Below are positions 26,767-36,829 of a stretch of 64,000 nt of DNA, piece after piece (within the stretch, counting starts at the first letter, position 1; each line of letters begins with the position of its first letter). Both the position numbers and the translations under genes were made by a program. Origin of the DNA: Acidimicrobiales bacterium. Lineage in GTDB: Bacteria; Actinomycetota; Acidimicrobiia; Acidimicrobiales; JACDCH01. The notes beneath the pieces are model-generated. The model did no database searches. It had not been told where the DNA came from and saw nothing but the letters and a program-made list of their open reading frames with translations. Location of the stretch: assembly GCA_036493595.1 (NCBI GenBank), contig DASXPN010000008.1, positions 76,041-140,040 on the forward strand, read 5' to 3'.

Positions 26767-28406
26767 AACTCACCGAGACCGGGCGTCCGGAACCGCTCGA
26801 TGGCGAAGATCGCCGTCGCCGTGATCACCATCAGGATCGTGCTCATCGCCATCGCCGCTCCGAAGTTCGCCGCGCCGGCTTGCGACAGGTACCGGAAGAT
26901 GGCGACCGGCATGGTGGGACGATCGGGTCGAGCGATGAACAGCGTCGCCCCGAACTCGCCGAGCGAGATCGCGAACGCGAAGCCGGCGGCGACGAGCAGC
27001 GCCCGCCGCACGATCGGCAGGTCGATCTCGCGCCACACGTGCCCCGGCGAGGCGCCGAGCATCGTCGCCGCCTCGCGGAGCCGGTCATCGATGGAGCGGA
27101 GCACCGGCACCAGGATGCGCACGACGAACGGGATGGCGATGAGCGCGTGCGCGATGGGCACGATGATCCACGACGCCCGCAGGTCAACAGGCCGATCGAG
27201 TGCGATGAGGAAACCGAAGCCGACCGTCACCGCCGACGTGCCGAGCGGCAGCATCAGCAGTAGGTCGAAGGCCGCGCGCGGACGGCTGCGTCGCCGCACG
27301 TCGCCGGCAACGACGAACGCGGCGATACCGCCGACCACGAGCGCGATCATCGTGGCCACCGTCGCGAACTCCAACGAGTTGCGCACCGCGTCGAGTGGTG
27401 GGACGAACCTCGCCGCCACGCGCGGTGTTTCGACGAGGGCGCGGTAGAAATCGAAGCCGTAGCCCGACGACGTGTGCAACGACCGCTCGACCAGCACCGC
27501 CATGGGTCCGCCGAGCAGCACGGCCATCAACAACAGGTTCGCCGCCAGGAACCAGCGCTCGAGTCCTCGCGGGCGATGGGCGACATCGGCGACGGCCAGC
27601 AATCGCTGCTGCACCGCCCGCCGTCTCGTCGCGACCGAGGACAGCAGCAGCAACGAGATGACCGCAACCATCTGCACGATCGCCAGCACACTGGCCGTCC
27701 GCAGATCAAGTCGATCGAGCGTCGCCCGCTTGATGCCGACCTCGAGCGTGCTGTGGTCCTGGCCGCCGAGCAACAGGACCACGCCGAACGAGGTGAACGA
27801 GAACAAGTACACGATGGCGGCCGCCGACACGACGGCCGGACGGAGCAGCGGCCACGTGACCTCACGCATCGCCTTCCATCGTGAGGCGCCGAGCGTGCGG
27901 GCCGCGTCCTCGAACGCGGGATCGAGATGCGACCACAACCCACCGACGGTTCGCACGACCACCGCGTAGTTGAAGAACAGATGCGCGAGCAGGATGGCCC
28001 ACACGGAACCGTCGAGGTCGACGCGACCGCCGAAGATGCCGCGCTCCCCGATGATGCCGAGGAACGCGGATGCGACGACGATCGTCGGCAACACGAACGG
28101 CACGGTCACCGCGGCGCGCAATGCGTTCTTGCCGCGGAACGCGAAGCGAGCGAACACGTACGCGCCGGGCAACGCCAGCGCAAGGGTCAGCAGCGTCGAG
28201 GCGGCGGCTTGCCACACCGTGAACCAGATGACGTGACGCGTCGACGCGTTGCCGAGCACGTCGCCGATGGCGCTGAGATCCCACTGCCCGTCGGGATGAA
28301 AGCCGCGCACGACGATCCTCGCCACCGGCCAGACGAAGAAGAACCCCACGAACCCCACGGGGACGGCGGCCAGCGCCACCATCCCGAGGCCACGTCTTCT
28401 GGTCAT
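26763..28406 (-). CDS. thiP: ABC importer permease, duplicated (two-module) ThiP/FbpB type
   Basis: About 547 aa with roughly 12 TM segments in two repeated binding-protein-dependent permease modules. The ATG at 28404-28406 overlaps the binding-protein stop (ATGA). Confidence 0.75.
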   Translation of the reverse strand: MTRRRGLGMVALAAVPVGFVGFFFVWPVARIVVRGFHPDGQWDLSAIGDVLGNASTRHVIWFTVWQAAASTLLTLALALPGAYVFARFAFRGKNALRAAVTVPFVLPTIVVASAFLGIIGERGIFGGRVDLDGSVWAILLAHLFFNYAVVVRTVGGLWSHLDPAFEDAARTLGASRWKAMREVTWPLLRPAVVSAAAIVYLFSFTSFGVVLLLGGQDHSTLEVGIKRATLDRLDLRTASVLAIVQMVAVISLLLLSSVATRRRAVQQRLLAVADVAHRPRGLERWFLAANLLLMAVLLGGPMAVLVERSLHTSSGYGFDFYRALVETPRVAARFVPPLDAVRNSLEFATVATMIALVVGGIAAFVVAGDVRRRSRPRAAFDLLLMLPLGTSAVTVGFGFLIALDRPVDLRASWIIVPIAHALIAIPFVVRILVPVLRSIDDRLREAATMLGASPGHVWREIDLPIVRRALLVAAGFAFAISLGEFGATLFIARPDRPTMPVAIFRYLSQAGAANFGAAMAMSTILMVITATAIFAIERFRTPGLGEF

Positions 28407-29521
28407 CCGAGAACGGCCGATGTCCAGTCGTCGATCCATCGCTCGCGGTTGGCGCCGATGCTCTGCGGGTCGAGCTCGATCGGGTTCGGCGGCTTGACGG
28501 CGAACTTCGTGAACACGTCAGGCAGTGCCGCGTCCGGGCGCACCGGGTACACGTACATCTGCAGCGGCATGTCCTCTTGGAACTGCTTCGAGAGCATGAA
28601 GTCGATGAACCGGTGCGCGGCATCGGCATGCGACGTGCCCTTCAGCACGCCGACGAACTCGATCTGCTTGAAGCAGCTGTCGCTCACGACGCCGACGGAC
28701 GTGTCGTCCTTCGGCGGGTTGGCGAACACCACATCAGCGGGCGGGCTCGTCGCGTAGGACAGCACGACCGAGCGCGTGCCGGTGCCGCTACTGCCGACGG
28801 TGAAGTCGTTGTTGTAGGCCTGGTCCCAGCCGTCGTCGACCTTCAGGCCGTTGGCCTTCAGCTGGCGCCAGTAGTCGAGGTAGTGACTGTCGCCGAAGTG
28901 CTCCACGGTGGCGACCAGGAAGGCGAGCCCCGGGCTCGACGTCGCCGGGTTCTCGACGACGACCGCGTCCTTGAACTCGGGCTTCGTGAGGTCTTCGAGT
29001 GTCTGCGGCGCGGCCGGTTGGCCGGCACCGCCGAACTTGGTCTTGTCGTAGTTGAGGCAGACATCGCTCTCGTCGACCGGCGTAACGCGGTGCTGCTGCG
29101 AGTCGAGGTCGTACTGCGGATCGACGGCGCTCATCGCGGGCGACGAGTAGGGCTCGAACAGTCCGGCGTCGAGCCCCTTGGTCAGCAGCGTGTTGTCGAT
29201 GCCGTACAGGACGTCGCCTTGCGGATGGTCCTTCGTCAGGATCGCCTGGTTGACCACCGCGCCCGCGTCACCACCCTTCACCTGCTTCACGGTGATGCCG
29301 GTCTGGTCCTCGAACGCCTGGAGCACGTTGTCGCTCACCGCGAACGAGTCGTGCGTGACCACGGTGATGGTCTGCGGTGCCGGCGTCCCGCCGCTGCTTG
29401 CTCCGCTGCCGCCGCTCGCGCTCGGCGACTTGTCGCTCGCGCACGCCTGCGCCAGCAAGCCCATCGATGCCGTCAACGCCAACAGCACCACTGCCGCGCC
29501 CCTTCGCCCTCGATGCCACAT
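28403..29521 (-). CDS. thiB: thiamine ABC transporter substrate-binding lipoprotein (ThiB/TbpA-like)
   Basis: Lipobox LLAQAC and an SBP fold pattern (TVVTHDSFAVS ... YGIDNT ...). The gene sits between the thiamine pyrophosphokinase and the permease, under a TPP riboswitch. The ATG overlaps the kinase stop. Confidence 0.75.
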   Translation of the reverse strand: MWHRGRRGAAVVLLALTASMGLLAQACASDKSPSASGGSGASSGGTPAPQTITVVTHDSFAVSDNVLQAFEDQTGITVKQVKGGDAGAVVNQAILTKDHPQGDVLYGIDNTLLTKGLDAGLFEPYSSPAMSAVDPQYDLDSQQHRVTPVDESDVCLNYDKTKFGGAGQPAAPQTLEDLTKPEFKDAVVVENPATSSPGLAFLVATVEHFGDSHYLDYWRQLKANGLKVDDGWDQAYNNDFTVGSSGTGTRSVVLSYATSPPADVVFANPPKDDTSVGVVSDSCFKQIEFVGVLKGTSHADAAHRFIDFMLSKQFQEDMPLQMYVYPVRPDAALPDVFTKFAVKPPNPIELDPQSIGANRERWIDDWTSAVLG

Positions 29522-30219
29522 CAGCCTGCTCCTCCCTCTCCGTCGTCGTCTCGGTCGTTGTTTCCATCACGTTCACCGGGCAGCACGACGACGAGCGTGC
29601 CCGTGTCCAGTCGCACCGACGCCGGCGACACCTCGAGCACGTTGCTCACTCCGCGGGACGTCCCGGCCGGCAACGCTTCACCGTCGAGTGGGTAACGCAG
29701 GCCGGCCGTGCGCACACCGGCCGCCGCGCCGTGGACCGGCAGCAGGGTCACGACCTCGCCCGGCTCGCCCTCGATCGCCACGGCCGGCTCGCCGCCGTGC
29801 ACCACGTGCACCACGCTCGGGCCGAGATACGCCGTGATGGCCGTGGACGCGTACCGAGGAGAGGCCAGCACGAACAAGTTGGCGAACAAGTGGTCGCGAC
29901 GCCCGCCGTCACCCCCGATGACCACGATGTGCCTTGCACCCGTCGCGATCGCTTCGTCCATGGCGAGCTCGAGATCGGTGTGATCCTTGGCCGCGGGATG
30001 GCGTTCCACGCGCGCACCCGCGGCGGTCACGGCATCGAGGCCCGCCTCCGACACCGAGTCGAAGTCGCCCACTGCGACGTCGACGTGCAACCCGGCGGCC
30101 AGCGCGTGGTCCACGCCTGAGTCCGCGGCGATCACGATCGCGTCGACGGGCAGCACCGATCGCCATCTGCGGTCGGGCGCGTCGCCGCCAATGACGACGA
30201 TGCAATGGTCAACGCTCAC
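29521..30219 (-). CDS. thiN: thiamine pyrophosphokinase
   Basis: VVIGGD ... GDFDS ... KDHTDLELA ... VIGGDGGRRDH motifs of TPK, plus a C-terminal thiamine-binding domain. I chose GTG 30217-30219 with a GGAGGGAG Shine-Dalgarno sequence. The ATG at 30237 lies inside the riboswitch. Confidence 0.8.
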   Translation of the reverse strand: MSVDHCIVVIGGDAPDRRWRSVLPVDAIVIAADSGVDHALAAGLHVDVAVGDFDSVSEAGLDAVTAAGARVERHPAAKDHTDLELAMDEAIATGARHIVVIGGDGGRRDHLFANLFVLASPRYASTAITAYLGPSVVHVVHGGEPAVAIEGEPGEVVTLLPVHGAAAGVRTAGLRYPLDGEALPAGTSRGVSNVLEVSPASVRLDTGTLVVVLPGERDGNNDRDDDGEGGAG

Positions 30220-30222
30220 GGC

Positions 30223-30335
30223 TCCCTCCGCTGGCATTACCCAGGTCAGGTTCGTGGGTCGGTGGCGCTGCTCTCGTCACCCTCGCAGGTGATTGCCGTC
30301 CACCCTCTCAGCCCGGCTGTCCCGAGCTCCCCAGG
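30223..30335 (-). promoter_or_regulatory. TPP (THI-box) riboswitch
   Basis: The minus strand reads CCUGGGGAGCUCGGG...GGGCUGAGAGGG...ACCCACGAACCUGACCUGGGUAAUGCCAGCGGAGGGA. The conserved CUGAGA and ACCC-GAACCUGA-C-UGG-UAAUGCCAGCG-AGGGA blocks are present. The 3' end overlaps the Shine-Dalgarno sequence of the thiamine pyrophosphokinase gene. Confidence 0.88.
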
Positions 30336-30380
30336 GTTCGGTTGTCTCGCGGGATGGTACCGCCGCGTACCGGCGACGCC

Positions 30381-31463
30381 TCAAATTTTCAGCACGCCCC
30401 GCTCGACCAACGCACGATGGGCCCGCTGCCAGTCGTCCACGACCGACAGGACACCGCGAAGGTCGATGAGGTGCCGCTGCATGAGGTCCGCCGCGGCTGC
30501 CGCGAATGACTGCATGCCGTCGTCCCCGCTGCGTTCGACCACGTCGTCGATGCCGCTCATGGTCGACGCGTCGAACAAGCAGGCGGCGACCTCCGATGTG
30601 TTGAGGACAACCTCCACGACCGGGACCCGGCCGTCGCCCGCGGCCCGCGCCGCCAGCCGTTGCGCCATCGTCCCGATCAGCGCGCCCGCGAGGGACAGGC
30701 GGATCGCGTCGTGGCGTTCGACCGGAAAGAGTCCGACGAAGTGATCCACGGCGTCGACGCCGCTGTCGGCTTCCATTCCCGCGAGCACGAGCAACCCGTC
30801 CTCCGCCGCCCGCAGGAGCTCGGTCGCCGTCTCGTGGTCGAGCACATCGCTCACCACCAACACGTCCGCGTCGGCAACGCGCGCGGCGCGCACACCCTCG
30901 ACGAAGGAGCCGACGTCGCCCCCGACCTCGAGCTGGCTCACCGACGCCATCGCGTCCGGATGCAACAGCTCGACGGGCTGCTCGACCGCAACGATGTGCG
31001 CGGCGCGCACGCGGTTGGCGTGGTCCAGCATGCTCGCCAGCGTCCGCCGCCTACCGCTGTGGCGCGGACCGGCGACCAGCACCAGACCGCGCGCCGCTTC
31101 GGCCAGGTGGCGGGCCTGTCCGGGCAGGCCGAGCGCGTCGAGGCTGGCGACGCGATCAGGCGTGCGCCGCACGACGACCGCCATCGAGCCTCGCTGGCGG
31201 TACGCGCCGACGCGGAAGCGTCCGATGCCGTCGACCGTGTAGGTGACCGCGAGCCGTCCGTCCAGCACGACCGCGGCCGACGTGCCGAGCATGCGCAGCG
31301 CGGCATCGTCTACCTCGGCGCGCGTCAGCGGCTCTTCGTCGGCCACCGGATCGAGCACGCCCTTGCGCCGAACCCTCGGCACCGACCCCACTTTCAAGTG
31401 CAGGTCGGTCGCCCCTTCCTCGCTCAACGCCGCGAGGAGACGCCGTAGGCGCGGCTCATCCAC
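30381..31463 (-). CDS. PilT/PilU-like protein with degenerate ATPase motifs (pseudo-ATPase)
   Basis: Collinear by eye with PilT across its length (ATDLHL, GIGRFRV, RGLVLVAGP, TLASMLD, VEQPVEL). However, Walker A is GPRHSGRRRT (no Lys), Walker B is VLVVSDVLD (no Glu), and the His box is replaced (LAGMEADSG). Confidence 0.65.
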   Translation of the reverse strand: MDEPRLRRLLAALSEEGATDLHLKVGSVPRVRRKGVLDPVADEEPLTRAEVDDAALRMLGTSAAVVLDGRLAVTYTVDGIGRFRVGAYRQRGSMAVVVRRTPDRVASLDALGLPGQARHLAEAARGLVLVAGPRHSGRRRTLASMLDHANRVRAAHIVAVEQPVELLHPDAMASVSQLEVGGDVGSFVEGVRAARVADADVLVVSDVLDHETATELLRAAEDGLLVLAGMEADSGVDAVDHFVGLFPVERHDAIRLSLAGALIGTMAQRLAARAAGDGRVPVVEVVLNTSEVAACLFDASTMSGIDDVVERSGDDGMQSFAAAAADLMQRHLIDLRGVLSVVDDWQRAHRALVERGVLKI

Positions 31464-31544
31464 CGCGCGCCCTATCGACGCCCGAGCACGCCGGCTTTAG
31501 CGCGAATACCTTTGGGCGACGACGAAAGGGAGGGAGACGATCCG

Positions 31545-31865
31545 ATGCCCAAGTATCTGCTCGAGGTCAACTACACCCTGGATGGGGTTCGTGGGGTTCT
31601 TGCCAAGGGAGGTTCGGCTCGCAAAGCGGCCGCGCAGGCCGCGGCGAAGAGTGCCGGCGGCAAGCTCGATATCTTCTACTTCGCATTCGGCGGTGTCGAC
31701 GTGTTCACCATCGCCGATCTGCCCGACAATGCGGCGGCCGCCGCACTCGCCCTGACCGTCTCGGGCGGGGGCGGCGCGACGGTGAAGACGACCGTGCTAC
31801 TCACCGTTGACGAGATCGACGGCGCCGCCGAAAAGACCGTGAAGTACACGCCTCCCGGCGGCTGA
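31545..31865 (+). CDS. GYD domain-containing protein
   Basis: The ATG at 31545 is preceded by AGGGAGGGAG. MPKYLLEVNYTLDGVRGVLAKGGSARKAA ... FYFAFGGVDVFTIADLPDN matches the GYD family pattern. 106 aa. Confidence 0.8.
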   Translation: MPKYLLEVNYTLDGVRGVLAKGGSARKAAAQAAAKSAGGKLDIFYFAFGGVDVFTIADLPDNAAAAALALTVSGGGGATVKTTVLLTVDEIDGAAEKTVKYTPPGG

Positions 31866-31924
31866 CCTCGCCCCGAATCCTGGCCACTGCTGGCCCCGTT
31901 CCGGCCGGCGCGTAGCGTGCACAC

Positions 31925-32860
31925 ATGGAGACACGCTCGATCGCAAGCTTGACCGTCTCGGTGGTCGGGATCGGCTGCAACAACTTCGGACGGCGCCTCG
32001 ACGAAGCGGCCACGCGCGCTGTCGTCGACGCCGCGCTCGACGAGGGCATCACGCTCTTCGACACCGCGGATACGTACGGCGTCGGCCAGAGCGAAGAGCT
32101 GCTGGCGAAGGCGCTCGGCTCCCGACGCGACGAGGTCGTGATCGCCACGAAGTTCGGCATGGGCGACGGCACCGCGCTCCCGAAGGGCGCGAGCGCCGCA
32201 TCGGTGATGGCCGCGGCCGAGGGCAGCTTGACCCGCCTGGGGACCGACCACATCGATCTCTACCAACTGCACGCACCCGATGATTCGACGCCGATCGACG
32301 AGACGCTCGCCGCCCTCGATCAGCTCGTGCGGGACGGCAAGGTGCTCGAGATCGGCTGCTCCAACTTCGACGGCGCTCGCCTCGACGCGGCCTCCGACGC
32401 GGCCGCCGCCGCGGGGTCAACGCCATTCGTGAGCGTGCAGAACGAGCTGAGCGTGTTGCGGCGCCGTGGCGAGCCCGACCTGCTCGACGCGACCGGACGG
32501 CACGGCCTCGCCATCCTGCCGTACTTCCCGCTGGCATCCGGGATGTTGACGGGCAAGTACCGCCGCGGTCAGGACGCGCCCGAGGGCACGCGCCTTGCCG
32601 GCATGCCGGCTGAAGGGCGAGAGCGGGCGATGTCCGATCGCCGCTTCGACGTGGTCGAGCAACTCGACGCGTTCGCGACCGAGCGTGGCCACACGCTGCT
32701 CGAACTGGCGATGTCGTGGCTGGCCGGACTCCCGCATCTCGCGTCCGTCATCGCGGGCGCGACGAAGCCTGAGCAGGTGCGAGCCAATGCCGTTGCCACC
32801 GGTTGGAAGTTGTCCGACGACGAGCGCGCCGAGGTGGACGCGATCGCGCCGCCGCGCTGA
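31925..32860 (+). CDS. aldo/keto reductase
   Basis: GIGCNNFG ... LFDTADTYG ... IATKFG ... DLYQLHAP motifs of the AKR family. Confidence 0.85.
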   Translation: METRSIASLTVSVVGIGCNNFGRRLDEAATRAVVDAALDEGITLFDTADTYGVGQSEELLAKALGSRRDEVVIATKFGMGDGTALPKGASAASVMAAAEGSLTRLGTDHIDLYQLHAPDDSTPIDETLAALDQLVRDGKVLEIGCSNFDGARLDAASDAAAAAGSTPFVSVQNELSVLRRRGEPDLLDATGRHGLAILPYFPLASGMLTGKYRRGQDAPEGTRLAGMPAEGRERAMSDRRFDVVEQLDAFATERGHTLLELAMSWLAGLPHLASVIAGATKPEQVRANAVATGWKLSDDERAEVDAIAPPR

Positions 32861-34096
32861 CTACCGGCGGAGCAGATCCTTCGCGATGTGCGTGATCTGG
32901 ATCTCGTCGGTGCCGGCGTAGATCTGGAGCACCTTCGCGTCACGAGCGAGTTGCTCGACGTGATACTCGGCCATGTACCCGTTCCCACCGTGCAGTTGCA
33001 CGGCTTCCATCGCCACCTCGACTGCCGCGCGCGCCGAGTAGAGCTTCATCGCGGACGCCTCCGCGAGCGTCAACGACTTCCCGGCGGCGCCCATCTCGAT
33101 GAAGCGGAACACGAGGTTCTGCACATTGAGACGCGCGACCTCCATCTTGGCGAGCTTCTCCTGGATCAGCTGGAACTCGCCGATCGGCTGACCGAACTGC
33201 ACGCGGTTCTTGGCGTACTCGATGCTGGTCTCGAGGCACTGCTCGATGATCCCGAGTGCCATCGCCGCGACGCCTGATCGCTCCATCGAGAACGTGGCCT
33301 TCGCACCTTCACGACCACCGGATGGCACGTCCTCCGTCTCGCCGATCAGGCGGTCGCGCCCGACCCGCACGTCGTCGAGGAACAGCTCGCCGGTGGGGGA
33401 CGAATGCATCCCCATCTTGCGCAGCGGCTTCGACTGCACGAGGCCGGGCATGCCCGAGTCGAGCACGAACGACAGGATCTTGCGCTGGTCCGGCGGGTTG
33501 CCCTCGTCGAGCTTGCAGATGAACACGATGGTGTCGGCGTACGGACCGTTCGTGATGAACGTCTTCGACCCGTTGAGGACGTACTCGTCGCCGTCGCGCC
33601 GCGCCGTCGACTTCATCGAACCGAACGCGTCGGACCCCGAGTTCGGCTCGGTGATGGCCCACGCCCCGACCTTGTCGAGAGTGAGCAGATCGAGCGCCCA
33701 GCGCTCCTTTTGAGCAATGGTGCCGCGGCTCATGATCGCCGCGCTGGTCAAGCCCATCGAGACGCCCATGGCGGTGACCATGCCGGGGCAGTGGCGGCAC
33801 AACTCGATGATCGGAATCATCATCATGCCCGCCCCGCTGCCCCCACCACCGCCCTCGCCGTCGTCGTCCTCGACGGCCCGCGGCGCCGGTTCGCCGGCTT
33901 TCTCACGCTCGATACGGCGCTTGAATTGCTCTCGCGCCATGGCGTCCATCCCGAAGGTCGCGAACAGCTTGCGGAGGACGTCGTACGGCGGCAGGTCGCC
34001 GTGCTCGAGCTCCTCACGCTTCGGCGCGACCTCCGCTTCGATGAATTGGCGGACGGCATCGCGGATCATCCGTTGCTCTTCAGACCATTCGAACAT
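32861..34096 (-). CDS. acyl-CoA dehydrogenase family protein
   Basis: [20 protein letters not shown], and a C-terminal YAGTDEIQ catalytic-base region. There is an unusual acidic/Gly-rich insertion near residue 70-95. The stop abuts the convergent AKR stop with no spacer. Confidence 0.85.
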   Translation of the reverse strand: MFEWSEEQRMIRDAVRQFIEAEVAPKREELEHGDLPPYDVLRKLFATFGMDAMAREQFKRRIEREKAGEPAPRAVEDDDGEGGGGGSGAGMMMIPIIELCRHCPGMVTAMGVSMGLTSAAIMSRGTIAQKERWALDLLTLDKVGAWAITEPNSGSDAFGSMKSTARRDGDEYVLNGSKTFITNGPYADTIVFICKLDEGNPPDQRKILSFVLDSGMPGLVQSKPLRKMGMHSSPTGELFLDDVRVGRDRLIGETEDVPSGGREGAKATFSMERSGVAAMALGIIEQCLETSIEYAKNRVQFGQPIGEFQLIQEKLAKMEVARLNVQNLVFRFIEMGAAGKSLTLAEASAMKLYSARAAVEVAMEAVQLHGGNGYMAEYHVEQLARDAKVLQIYAGTDEIQITHIAKDLLRR

Positions 34097-34218
34097 GGGC
34101 GCAACCGTACGGGGACCGCGCCGGACTGTCCCAGTTCGCCCCTCGATCTGACTGCGACCGCGCTGCGGGGGTAAGAGAGCACCTACTTCCGCGCGCAGAA
34201 CGATCGAGAGGACGTCTC

Positions 34219-35184
34219 ATGACGATGGAGTACCGCCGGCTCGGACGATCGGGCCTGAAGGTGAGCGTGCTGTCGTTCGGCTCGTGGGTGTCCTTCGGCG
34301 CCCAGCTCGACACAGGGCTCGCCCGCGAGTGCATGGGCGCGGCGTGGGACGGCGGCATGAACTTCTTCGACAACGCCGAGGCCTACGCCGGCGGCGAGTC
34401 CGAGCGCATCATGGGTCAGGCCATAGCCGAGCTCGGTTGGAAGCGTGAGTCGTACGTCCTGTCGACGAAGCTGTTCTGGGGGCTCACAGAGGGCGTCAAC
34501 ACGAAGAACACCCTCAATCGCAAATACCTGCACCACGCCATCGACGGATCGCTCGAACGGCTCGGCCTCGATTTCGTAGACCTGCTGTTCTGCCACCGTC
34601 CGGACCGCGAGACCCCCATCGAAGAGACGGTGTGGGCGCTGTCGGACATCATCGACGCCGGCAAGGCGCACTACTGGGGAACATCGGAATGGAGTGCGGA
34701 CGAGATTCGTGCCGCGTGGGAAGTCGCCGACCGCCACCATCTCCACAAGCCGGTGATGGAACAGCCGCAGTACAACGTGTTCGAGCGGCGCCGAGTCGAG
34801 CGCGAGTACGCCCGCCTCTACGAGGACATCGGCCTCGGCCTGACCACATGGAGCCCGCTGGCATCCGGCCTGCTCTCGGGCAAGTACCTCGACGGCATCC
34901 CCGAAGGAAGCCGCGCCACGCTGCCGGGCTACGAATGGCTGAAGGATTTGCTGACCGACGCCGGCCGCAACGACAAGGTGCGCAAGCTGCAGTCCGTCGC
35001 CGACGAGCTCGACTGCACCCTGTCGCAACTGTCGCTCGCTTGGTGCGCCGCCAACCCGCACGTGTCGACGGTGATCACCGGCGCGAGCCGTCCGGAGCAG
35101 GTGGTCGAGAACCTTGGCGCGCTCGACGTGCTGCCGCGGCTCGACGATGACCTGCTGCGCCGCATGAAGGACATCGCTCGCTAG
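34219..35184 (+). CDS. aldo/keto reductase, Kv-beta-subunit-like subfamily
   Basis: [23 protein letters not shown] ... [14 protein letters not shown] ... LSTKLFWG ... YWGTSEW is typical of Kv-beta/YajO-like AKRs. Confidence 0.85.
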   Translation: MTMEYRRLGRSGLKVSVLSFGSWVSFGAQLDTGLARECMGAAWDGGMNFFDNAEAYAGGESERIMGQAIAELGWKRESYVLSTKLFWGLTEGVNTKNTLNRKYLHHAIDGSLERLGLDFVDLLFCHRPDRETPIEETVWALSDIIDAGKAHYWGTSEWSADEIRAAWEVADRHHLHKPVMEQPQYNVFERRRVEREYARLYEDIGLGLTTWSPLASGLLSGKYLDGIPEGSRATLPGYEWLKDLLTDAGRNDKVRKLQSVADELDCTLSQLSLAWCAANPHVSTVITGASRPEQVVENLGALDVLPRLDDDLLRRMKDIAR

Positions 35185-35229
35185 CGGTAGATCCAACGCG
35201 ATGCGAGCCGAGGTGACACGCTCGGGTTC

Positions 35230-35814
35230 ATGACTGCCTCAGACCCCAAGGCGGATCTCCACTACTACTTACAGGCAGCTCGCGGCGCGCTCGTCTGGAA
35301 GCTCGAAGGGCTCTCGGACTACGACGTGCGCCGCCCGCTGGTCCGGACCGGGACCAACCTCCTCGGCCTCGTCAAGCACGTAACCGGCGTCGAGATCGGG
35401 TACTTCGCGCAGACGTTCGGCCGCCCGTCCGACGAGCACCTCGCATGGCTGGACGACCCCCAACCGAATGCCGACATGTGGGCAACCGCAGACGAGTCAC
35501 GCGACGAGACCATGGACCGCTACGAGCGGGTGTGCCGTCACTCCGACGCCACGATCGACGCGCTGGCGCTCGACGCCGTCGGACACGTCCCGTGGTGGCC
35601 TGCGGACCGGGCGGAGGTCACGCTGCATCGCATCCTCGTCCACATGGTCGCCGAGACCAACCGTCACGCGGGGCATGCGGATCTCGTTCGCGAGCTCATC
35701 GACGGCGCCGCGGGCACGCGACGCGAGTTCGACAACCTGCCGAACGTCGACGAGCAGTGGTGGGACCGCTATCGCGACCAACTCGAACAAGTGGCGCGTC
35801 AATTCCAGAAGTAG
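35230..35814 (+). CDS. DinB family protein, DUF664 / mycothiol-transferase-like
   Basis: LVWKLEGLSDYDVRRP ... LLGLVKHV ... HMVAETNRHAGHADLVRELIDG is the characteristic DUF664 pattern. Confidence 0.7.
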   Translation: MTASDPKADLHYYLQAARGALVWKLEGLSDYDVRRPLVRTGTNLLGLVKHVTGVEIGYFAQTFGRPSDEHLAWLDDPQPNADMWATADESRDETMDRYERVCRHSDATIDALALDAVGHVPWWPADRAEVTLHRILVHMVAETNRHAGHADLVRELIDGAAGTRREFDNLPNVDEQWWDRYRDQLEQVARQFQK

Positions 35815-35821
35815 TCGCGCC

Positions 35822-36751
35822 TCATGTCCAGGAGTAGGTGACCTCGGTCTCGCGCTCCGACAGGTCCCAGAGCTTGTGCGCGTCATCTGCACGGCGCGCC
35901 GCGCTGATCGGGGTCACGAGCTCGGGGTAGCCCCGCATCTCGAAGGGTCCGCCCGGCCCGTAGTACTGGCCACCGTGCACGCCTGGCATGGTCGCGGCGT
36001 AGAGCTGCGGCCACGCGCCAGCCGCGTCGCTCTGGGCGACGTACTGGTTGGCGAAGTTCATGATCTGGCCCATGAGCCGGTTGCCGCTGGTCTCGTACGT
36101 GACCGCCTGGAGGTGGGTGGCCGCGTAGCCGGGGTGGGCGGCGGCCGCGACGAGGTTCGAGCCCGCTGCCTTGGCGCGGCGGTCGAGCTCGAGGGTGAAC
36201 AGCAGGTTGGACAGCTTCGACTGCCCGTACGCCGGCCACTTGCGGTAGCTCTTGCGCCAGTGGGGATCGTCGAAGCGCATACGGCCGACGCGATGGGCCT
36301 GCGACGACGTGGTCACGACGCGAGGATCGGTCGAGCGCAGCAGCAGCGGCAGCAGTCGACCCGTGAGTGCGAAGTGGCCGAGATGGTTGGTGCCGAACTG
36401 GGCCTCGAACCCGTCGGCCGTCTCGGCCCGGGGGATCGCCATCACCCCCGCGTTGTTCATGAGCACGTCGATGCGCTCGACGCGGCGGCTCACTTCCTCG
36501 GCCGCGGCCGAGATCGACGCGAGATTCGCGAGGTCGAGCGAGACGACGAACGGCTCGTCGCCGGTGGCCTCGCCTTTGACCTCGGTCAGCGCGTCGGCCG
36601 CCTTGCCGGCGTTGCGGCAACCGAGGATGACTTGCGCGCCGCTGCGAGCGAGCGCCTGCGCGGACCGCAGGCCCAGTCCACTGTTCGCTCCGGTGATGAA
36701 GACTGTTCGACCGGTTTGATCAGGAATGTCGGCACTCGTCCAAGAAGTCAC
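35822..36751 (-). CDS. SDR family oxidoreductase (classical, retinol-dehydrogenase-like)
   Basis: GTG at 36749-36751 gives ...GRTVFITGANSGLG (TGxxxGxG). NNAG and YGQSK (YxxxK) are present. Confidence 0.8.
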   Translation of the reverse strand: MTSWTSADIPDQTGRTVFITGANSGLGLRSAQALARSGAQVILGCRNAGKAADALTEVKGEATGDEPFVVSLDLANLASISAAAEEVSRRVERIDVLMNNAGVMAIPRAETADGFEAQFGTNHLGHFALTGRLLPLLLRSTDPRVVTTSSQAHRVGRMRFDDPHWRKSYRKWPAYGQSKLSNLLFTLELDRRAKAAGSNLVAAAAHPGYAATHLQAVTYETSGNRLMGQIMNFANQYVAQSDAAGAWPQLYAATMPGVHGGQYYGPGGPFEMRGYPELVTPISAARRADDAHKLWDLSERETEVTYSWT

Positions 36752-36829
36752 GAATGAAAGGGTGGCGTGCCGGACGCGGGCCGCGCCAGACGGCGCCACC
36801 CGGCGCGTCGACGAGTCGCGAGCGAAGAG

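Noticed and set aside
30220-30237. ATG at 30235-30237 as the start of the thiamine pyrophosphokinase
   Set aside because: This ATG is part of the conserved UAAUGCCAGCG block of the TPP riboswitch. The downstream GTG (30217-30219) has a proper GGAGGGAG Shine-Dalgarno sequence.
30381-31463. Type IV pilus / twitching motility locus
   Set aside because: Only a single PilT-like gene is present and its catalytic motifs are degenerate. No pilin, PilB, PilC, PilM-Q or Tad genes are in the window.
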